A stretch of DNA of 26,583 bases, taken from Actinomycetota bacterium (GTDB taxonomy: Bacteria; Actinomycetota; Humimicrobiia; Humimicrobiales; Humimicrobiaceae). The translations under genes and the position numbers were made by a program. The stretch covers positions 1 to 26,583 of the forward strand of contig PWYO01000332.1 in assembly GCA_003567835.1 (NCBI GenBank). The letters are read 5' to 3'. Position 1 is the first letter of the stretch. Each line of letters starts with the position of its first letter. Positions 1 through 6,030 of this stretch are shown here, one piece after another. Under the pieces are notes generated by a model, which did no database searches, had not been told where the DNA came from, and saw only the letters and a list, made by a program, of their open reading frames with translations.

Positions 1-611
1 ACATACCTTTCCAGAACATGCGATATGATATCTGCAGCCCCGGCTGCGGTTTGAAAGGGAGGCAGCGTATAGGTAAGCTGGGGATTTAACACAGCAAATC
101 TGGGCCTGATCAATTGATGATGATAGCCCTTTTTGATAAGGCCCTGTTCATTGGTCATCACAGACACATCACTGGATTCGCTCCCTGCCGCAGGAATGGT
201 CAGAACCACCCCTGTGGGAAGGGCCTTTTGGGGTTTGGCCCTGCCGTCAAAAAAATCCCAGAGATCTCCCTGGTAGGGGACGCCCAAAGCAATTGCTTTG
301 GCAGAGTCTATCGCGCTTCCTCCGCCTACAGCAAGAATAAACTGGATGTTCTCCTTTCTGCAGATCTCTATGCCCTGGTTTACCATTCCCAATATAGGAT
401 TAGGCTTGACGCCTGAAAGTTCCACAACTTCGATCTTTTCATGTTTTAAGGAATCCATAACCCGCTGATATATCCCATATTTTTTAATGCTGCCTCCGCC
501 ATAATGCAGCAGTACTTTGTCGGCATATTGTTTTACTTCACGCCCAACATGTTTATCGGTATCTTTGCCGAATACAATTTTGGTGGTATTCTGGTATACA
601 AAGTTTTCCAC
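1..611 (-). CDS. Iron-containing alcohol dehydrogenase (BdhA/YqhD-like), 3' end runs off the window
   Basis: Not in the ORF track; translated by hand from GTG at 611 with AGGAG upstream: MENFVYQNTTKIVFGKDTD...LLHYGGGSIKK...GVKPNP...ILAVGGGSAIDSAKAIA...LTIPAAGSES...AGAADIISHVLERY. GGGS and GGGSxxDxxK motifs of Fe-ADH. Confidence 0.93.
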   Translation of the reverse strand, partial: MENFVYQNTTKIVFGKDTDKHVGREVKQYADKVLLHYGGGSIKKYGIYQRVMDSLKHEKIEVVELSGVKPNPILGMVNQGIEICRKENIQFILAVGGGSAIDSAKAIALGVPYQGDLWDFFDGRAKPQKALPTGVVLTIPAAGSESSDVSVMTNEQGLIKKGYHHQLIRPRFAVLNPQLTYTLPPFQTAAGAADIISHVLERY

Positions 612-733
612 TTCCTGCTCCTTTTTTGGTGTATTATTGGTAATATTATAATAATGTATGTAAAATACTTCAAAATACTATACTTTAGGTTTTTAAAATA
701 GTAAAATTTTTCCAATAACGACCGTAAGCCTAT

Positions 734-1495
734 ATGCAAGAAAAAACGATTTATGACCTATTGCTCTGGACCGTATTTATTTCAAGTATCCTGATTTTTG
801 TGGTCCTTTTTTTTATCAGGGCACCTTATGGCCGCCATTACCGCCAAGGATGGGGGCTTGAGACCAGTGCAAGGCTGGGTTGGATGGTCATGGAATCACC
901 GGCAGTGCTGGTTATGGCTTATGTATTTGTCATAGGCGACCGGACCACCCATTTGGCATCAGTGGTCTTTTTCCTTATTTGGATGTCTCACTATATACAG
1001 CGTACCTTCATATATCCCATGCTTATGAAAGGCGGGAAAAAGAATTTTCCCATTCTGCTTATCATTTTTGCTTTGACCTTTAACAGCATCAATGCCTACC
1101 TAAACGGCAGATACCTTTTTTATTTTTCTGCTCCCTATACCACTGCCTGGCTGACCGGCCCCCGGTTCCTGCTTGGTGTGGCCCTTTTTGCTGTAGGATT
1201 TGTGATCAATGTACACTCTGATTCCATTTTAAGAAACCTGCGGCAGGAGGATGAAAACGGATACAGCATTCCTGAGGGCGGACTGTTCCGGTATGTTTCC
1301 AATCCCAATTATTTTGGAGAGATGCTTGAGTGGATTGGCTGGGCGGTACTTACCTGGTCCCTGCCGGGCCTTGCTTTTGCTGTGTTTACCATTGCCAATC
1401 TCCTCCCCAGGGCCTGGGCCAATCACCGGTGGTATCAAAAAGAGTTCTCCTCGTATCCAGAAGATAGGAAGATCCTGATCCCTTTTATTTTTTAA
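734..1495 (+). CDS. 3-oxo-5-alpha-steroid 4-dehydrogenase (steroid 5-alpha-reductase, SRD5A1/2-like membrane enzyme)
   Basis: 253 aa, hydrophobic; motifs PYGRH, WMVMESP, HYIQR, NVHSDSILRNLR, IPEGGLFRYVSNPNYFGE, PRAWANHRWY, RKILIPFIF match the Steroid_dh family. Confidence 0.9.
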   Translation: MQEKTIYDLLLWTVFISSILIFVVLFFIRAPYGRHYRQGWGLETSARLGWMVMESPAVLVMAYVFVIGDRTTHLASVVFFLIWMSHYIQRTFIYPMLMKGGKKNFPILLIIFALTFNSINAYLNGRYLFYFSAPYTTAWLTGPRFLLGVALFAVGFVINVHSDSILRNLRQEDENGYSIPEGGLFRYVSNPNYFGEMLEWIGWAVLTWSLPGLAFAVFTIANLLPRAWANHRWYQKEFSSYPEDRKILIPFIF

Positions 1496-1560
1496 TCTTC
1501 GCAACAGGACAAAACCTCATTTTTTTTATAAAATAGCTTAATTATGGTCATGGAGTAAAA

Positions 1561-2490
1561 TTGGGTAATAATTTCAAAAAAATATTGATCATGTCCAGAC
1601 CCCCTTTCCATATTGTGGGCATACTCCCGTTTGGTCTGGGTGCCATGATGGCTTACCGGCTGCATGGGGATTTTAGCTGGCTGATATTTATTGTAAGCAC
1701 CTTAGCGGTTATAGCCATCATGCTCTCCACCTATTACAATGGAGAGTATTATGATATTAAGGAAGACCGCTTGTCTGCCCGTATGGGAAAAAATCCTTTT
1801 TCTGGGGGCAGTCAGGTGATTGCCCAAAGCCAGCTGCCCCGGACTGCTGCCAGAATGGCTTCATTGCTTAGCATAGGTTTTGCTGCGACCATGGGCATGG
1901 TGCTCCAATTTGTATTGGAAACCGGGGTATGGACCATCCCTCTGGGGCTGGCCGGCATATTATTTGGATATTTCTATTCAGCTCCTCCTTTTCGCTGGGT
2001 TTCCAGAGGTGTAGGTGAGCTCATGATCGGATTCTGCTATGGTTGGCTGCCCATAAATGTCTCTTATTACATACAAACACAGGATTTTTTGCCTTTGGCC
2101 AGCTGGATCTCTATACCGGTAGGCTTAAGCATAATCAATGTGATTCTTATCAATGAATTTCCCGATTATGAGCCGGACCGCATCTCAGGGAAAAAGACGC
2201 TGGCGGTAAGAATTGGCAAGCAGAATGCCGCAGTCCTATACTTGTGCATTTTTGTTTTGACCTGGCTTTTTTTTGTGGTGTCCTTTTGGAAGGGAGCGCC
2301 TTTGCTTAGCCTGTATATCAGTATCCCCTTCATGCTGGCTTCTCTGGCTGCCGCAGGGGCGGTTGCTTTAAAAAAATATGTTAAGCCTCAGCTTCTGGCC
2401 CTCATATGCGGGCTTACCATACTGGTCAATATTGGAATTTCTCTTTCTTATCTGATTGGGTTTGCGGCAGGGGGAGACTGGTACTTATGA
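1561..2490 (+). CDS. menA: UbiA-superfamily prenyltransferase, MenA-like (DHNA polyprenyltransferase family)
   Basis: TTG start after GGAG; 309 aa, multi-pass; Asp-rich motifs NGEYYDIKED and NEFPDYEPDRISGKKTLAVRIG, plus RPPF and YSAPP...GVGE, all MenA-like. Substrate not established. Confidence 0.75.
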   Translation: MGNNFKKILIMSRPPFHIVGILPFGLGAMMAYRLHGDFSWLIFIVSTLAVIAIMLSTYYNGEYYDIKEDRLSARMGKNPFSGGSQVIAQSQLPRTAARMASLLSIGFAATMGMVLQFVLETGVWTIPLGLAGILFGYFYSAPPFRWVSRGVGELMIGFCYGWLPINVSYYIQTQDFLPLASWISIPVGLSIINVILINEFPDYEPDRISGKKTLAVRIGKQNAAVLYLCIFVLTWLFFVVSFWKGAPLLSLYISIPFMLASLAAAGAVALKKYVKPQLLALICGLTILVNIGISLSYLIGFAAGGDWYL

Positions 2491-3722
2491 GCAGGATTTT
2501 AAAAAATATCTTCTGGCCTCCAAATCTGATAGCCAGACAGGGCGCAAGCATGGTGCTCTATAAAAATGTAGCAGGATGGAAAAGGCTGGGCAGCTGGCTT
2601 ACCGCCCACGGCATAAAGTCCCTGCCTGTAGCAGCAGGGGCAAAGGGCATGGGATGTATTGGTTTTCCGGCCCACCCTGCCTGGGAAGTCACCAATGCCT
2701 GCAACCTCAACTGCATACACTGCCATACCCATGGAGGAGGGAAGCTCAAAGATGAACTGACCACCAAAGAAGCAAAAATGGCCATAGACCAAATGGCAAA
2801 AATACCCGAATTCAGGATGCTGGTATATACCGGAGGGGAACCCTTGGTAAGGGAAGACATTTTTGAGCTATTGGATTATTCAAAAAAAGCAGGATTGATT
2901 AATGTAATTGCCAGCAACGGCATTTTGATTACCCCGCAAGTGGCTTCAAAATTAAAAAAGGTTGGAGTGGCAGGGGTGGCCATAAGCCTCGATTCAGCTG
3001 ACCCTGACATCAATAATCATATAAGGAACCATTCTGGGGCGTATACAGCCGCATTAAAAGGCATCAGGGCGGTAAAAAAATCCGGCATGCTTTTTCAGGT
3101 CAATACCACGGTCATGGAATACAATTTTGACCGGCTGGAGGAACTGGTCAGCCTGGTCAATGATTTAGATTCTGCCATCTTGCTCATGTATCAGCTGGTA
3201 CCGGTGGGCAGGGGGGGCTATATTAAAAATGCTGCTTTGAGCCGGGAAAATAATGGAAAACTGCTGAAAATGCTGGCAGAAGTCCAGCAACGTTCAAAAA
3301 CTGTGATCGAACCGGTGGCAGGTCCCCAGTACTGGGCTTATATGCTGGAAAAACACAAGAAAAATTCAAAGCATTGGCTCAAGCTGGCAGAAAAGTTATT
3401 CCATGGCTGTACTGCAGGCAGGGGACTTCTGTATGTGAAGGCCAATGGAGAGCTCTGGCCATGCCCTTTTGCAGAGGTCAGTCTGGGAAATGCGAAAAAA
3501 GACCCCATTGATGTGGTGTGGAGGCAAAACAAGATTCTGCAGCAATTGCGTCATAGAGATTTATTAAAAGGAAAATGCGGAGATTGCCGCTACAAGGAGA
3601 TATGCGGGGGATGCCGGGGAAGGGCACTGGCCTTCACCGGCGACTTGTTTGGCGAAGACAGCTCCTGCTTTCTTGACCTTAAACAAAAAGAGTCACATCG
3701 GATTCCTGCGCCTTCTCGATAA
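2487..3722 (+). CDS. Radical SAM/SPASM domain protein (AhbC/AhbD/NirJ/PqqE-like)
   Basis: CNLNCIHC (CxxxCxxC), YTGGEPL, and C-terminal SPASM cysteines GCTAG, PCPF, KCGDCRYKEICGGCRGRA, DSSC. Start moved to ATG 2487, which overlaps the upstream TGA (ATGA). Confidence 0.92.
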   Translation: MSRILKNIFWPPNLIARQGASMVLYKNVAGWKRLGSWLTAHGIKSLPVAAGAKGMGCIGFPAHPAWEVTNACNLNCIHCHTHGGGKLKDELTTKEAKMAIDQMAKIPEFRMLVYTGGEPLVREDIFELLDYSKKAGLINVIASNGILITPQVASKLKKVGVAGVAISLDSADPDINNHIRNHSGAYTAALKGIRAVKKSGMLFQVNTTVMEYNFDRLEELVSLVNDLDSAILLMYQLVPVGRGGYIKNAALSRENNGKLLKMLAEVQQRSKTVIEPVAGPQYWAYMLEKHKKNSKHWLKLAEKLFHGCTAGRGLLYVKANGELWPCPFAEVSLGNAKKDPIDVVWRQNKILQQLRHRDLLKGKCGDCRYKEICGGCRGRALAFTGDLFGEDSSCFLDLKQKESHRIPAPSR

Positions 3723-4158
3723 AAAAACCCACACCCACACAACTGTTGACTTCATTGATCATATCCTCTCTAGATATTTCCAGCACTTGCATGCTCATCT
3801 GGCACCCATAAAGGCTGACCCCCATTTCCAGGGCCATATCCCTTAACTGGGGAAGAGAAGTTGCTTTTTTGGATTTCATCATGCGGTTAAAGATCCGTCG
3901 CCCCAATCCGCCAAAACTGTATTTGGAAGGTGCGGCTTCGCTGATGTCTCCTCTTTCCAAGAAGCCCATCATTTTCCCAAGAAAACTTTTGCCGGTTCTC
4001 TTTTTCTTTTTTAATGCCCTTAATCCCCAGAAAGTAAAAAACATGGTTACTTCCATGTCTGAAGCTGCTGCTCCGGTGGCTATGATAAAAGCGGCCATTA
4101 ATTTATCCATATCCCCGCTAAAAACCACCATGGACAGTTTCTTTTTTTTATTTTTCAA
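3679..4158 (-). CDS. DsrE/DsrF/DrsH-like (DsrE2-type) putative sulfur carrier protein
   Basis: LSMVVFSGDMDKLMAAFIIATGAAA, MFFTFWGL, YGCQMSM, FIEKAQESDVTLFV. Start placed at TTG 4158 behind AAGGAGG. Confidence 0.85.
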   Translation of the reverse strand: MKNKKKKLSMVVFSGDMDKLMAAFIIATGAAASDMEVTMFFTFWGLRALKKKKRTGKSFLGKMMGFLERGDISEAAPSKYSFGGLGRRIFNRMMKSKKATSLPQLRDMALEMGVSLYGCQMSMQVLEISREDMINEVNSCVGVGFFIEKAQESDVTLFV

Positions 4159-4504
4159 TGGGTCCCTCCTTGTGTTTTTTTCCGATAACACGATCAATGA
4201 TTTCTGCTTTCAGATTTGATTCATCTCTAATTGATTCAGTGATAAGATCATAAGCTTCAATAATTTTGTGGTTGGCAATCGAATAAAAGATACGGCATCC
4301 TTTTCTGCTGCCACATACAATGCCTTTGGTTTTAAGCAGGGCCAGATGCTGGGAGATATTGGACTGGGGAAGCCCTGTTTTTTTCACAATTTGGCTTACT
4401 GTCAAAGACCGATATCTGATGGTATCAAGCACAGCTTGCCTGCCCGGGTTGGATAAGCTTTTGCATATATCAGAATGAAGATTGTAAAAAAATTTTTTTT
4501 CCAT
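4148..4504 (-). CDS. ArsR/SmtB-family transcriptional repressor
   Basis: 118 aa; KSLSNPGR...LTVSQIV...QSNISQHLALLK.KGIV...R.G..IFYSI winged HTH pattern; its stop overlaps the start region of the DsrE2-like gene. Confidence 0.92.
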   Translation of the reverse strand: MEKKFFYNLHSDICKSLSNPGRQAVLDTIRYRSLTVSQIVKKTGLPQSNISQHLALLKTKGIVCGSRKGCRIFYSIANHKIIEAYDLITESIRDESNLKAEIIDRVIGKKHKEGPIEK

Positions 4505-4540
4505 GCCCTATTGGATTATTTCCCTGTACAATATTAATAT

Positions 4541-4568
4541 TATATTAATATGTTAACATATTAATATA
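4541..4568. promoter_or_regulatory. Perfect 28-bp palindrome, likely ArsR operator
   Basis: TATATTAATATGTTAACATATTAATATA equals its own reverse complement; lies between the divergent arsR and CDF starts. Confidence 0.75.
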
Positions 4569-4620
4569 GTAATGTGAATGGAGATTTACAGAAACAGATG
4601 GAGCGATTAAAATAGAGGAA

Positions 4621-6030
4621 ATGCAACAGGGTTCTTATATGATCAAAAAAAAATTAGAAGTTTCGCCAAAGAGAAGAATTGCCGCCTTTTCTTTGGTGGT
4701 ATCCATATTTCTGGTAACCATCAAGGTGCTGGCTGCCTATTTTTCAAACAGTCTGGGCATATTTTCCGAAGCCCTCAATAATGGTTTGGACCTGGTTACG
4801 GTATTGATCACTTTTTTGGCCATCAGGATGTCTACCAAACCTGCAGACAGGGACCATACCTACGGCCACGGCAAATATGAGAACTTCTCGGCATTTATTG
4901 AACTGGTGATCATCTCCGGCCTATGCATCTTTATTATGTACAAATCCGTACAGAGGATCATAACCAGGGATTTTGAACTATTTCTGCCTTGGCCCATATT
5001 TTTGGTACTGGGGGTGTCGGTGGCCTTGAACATCATAAGGGTCATATTACTCAGGAATGCCGCAAGAAAATACCACTCATTTGCTTTTCGGGCTGAATTT
5101 ATCAATTATAGCGGGGATATTATCAGTTCGGTGGTGGTAATCGCAGGTTTGCTGCTGGCCCGGGCAGGCATGGTCCTTGCTGACCCCATTGCTTCGATTC
5201 TGGTGGCTTTGGTGGTCATGGGGTTAAGTTTCCGTCTCTCGGTTAACATTGTAAAAAATTTGCTGGATTATATTCCCAGGGAAGTAACCGGGAAAATAAG
5301 GGGGGCTGTGTCAGGCATAAAAGAGATTGCCCAAATCAATGATATAAAAGTCCACGAAGTTGGGGGCATAAAGTTTATCAACCTGGACCTTGCCATACCC
5401 AACAATGTATACCTCTCCCAGGTTGAACAGATTAAGGGAAAGGTCAGGGATGCCATAAAAAAAGAATTCCCCGATTCAAATATCATTGCAGAGATCAGAC
5501 CGGGATTCTGCAAGGATAATGTATCCGATTCTATAAAAAGCGTGGCCTTGAACCAGCCGGAGATCGAAGATATCCATAATATATATGTGTATTCGGTAGG
5601 CCCATATTTGGACATTTCTTTGCATGTAAAGCTTTCCAAAGATTTTAATTTAAAAGAAGTGGAGGCCCTGACCAAACAGACGGAAAAAAAATTAAAAGGC
5701 AAGATCGAGAACCTGCGGAGAATTTATATTCATGCAGAGGACTTATCTTCAAAGGAAGGATGGGATGATGTGACCCAGCAGTCGGGGGCGATAATCCAGC
5801 AAATCAAGCAGGAAATATCCGCTTTTATCGAACCAGTCAGCTGCCATCATTTTACGGTATTAAAAAAAGATCACTATTGCCATGTTGCGTTTCACTGCAG
5901 GCTGGACAGCAGGCTAAACATAGAACAAGCCCACAAAATCATTACCAAAGTAGAGGACTTCATTAAAACAAACATAGAAAATGTTGACGATGTATTAATC
6001 CATGTAGAACCCAATGAATATACATGCTAA
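4621..6030 (+). CDS. Cation diffusion facilitator (CDF) transporter with three tandem cytosolic dimerisation-type domains
   Basis: Hydrophobic N-terminal ~210 aa with PADRDHTYGHGKYE loop and ADPIAS; C-terminal ~250 aa shows three CTD-like repeats ending IAEIRP, IYIHAED, VLIHVEP. Confidence 0.92.
   Translation: MQQGSYMIKKKLEVSPKRRIAAFSLVVSIFLVTIKVLAAYFSNSLGIFSEALNNGLDLVTVLITFLAIRMSTKPADRDHTYGHGKYENFSAFIELVIISGLCIFIMYKSVQRIITRDFELFLPWPIFLVLGVSVALNIIRVILLRNAARKYHSFAFRAEFINYSGDIISSVVVIAGLLLARAGMVLADPIASILVALVVMGLSFRLSVNIVKNLLDYIPREVTGKIRGAVSGIKEIAQINDIKVHEVGGIKFINLDLAIPNNVYLSQVEQIKGKVRDAIKKEFPDSNIIAEIRPGFCKDNVSDSIKSVALNQPEIEDIHNIYVYSVGPYLDISLHVKLSKDFNLKEVEALTKQTEKKLKGKIENLRRIYIHAEDLSSKEGWDDVTQQSGAIIQQIKQEISAFIEPVSCHHFTVLKKDHYCHVAFHCRLDSRLNIEQAHKIITKVEDFIKTNIENVDDVLIHVEPNEYTC

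Noticed and set aside
114-739. Track ORFs 114-416, 504-701 and 533-739
   Set aside because: Shadows of the minus-strand Fe-ADH gene or AT-rich promoter sequence; no motifs.
2406-2486. Longer N-terminus for the radical SAM ORF
   Set aside because: Would overlap the prenyltransferase by 85 bp; the ATGA overlap at 2487 is the more natural start.
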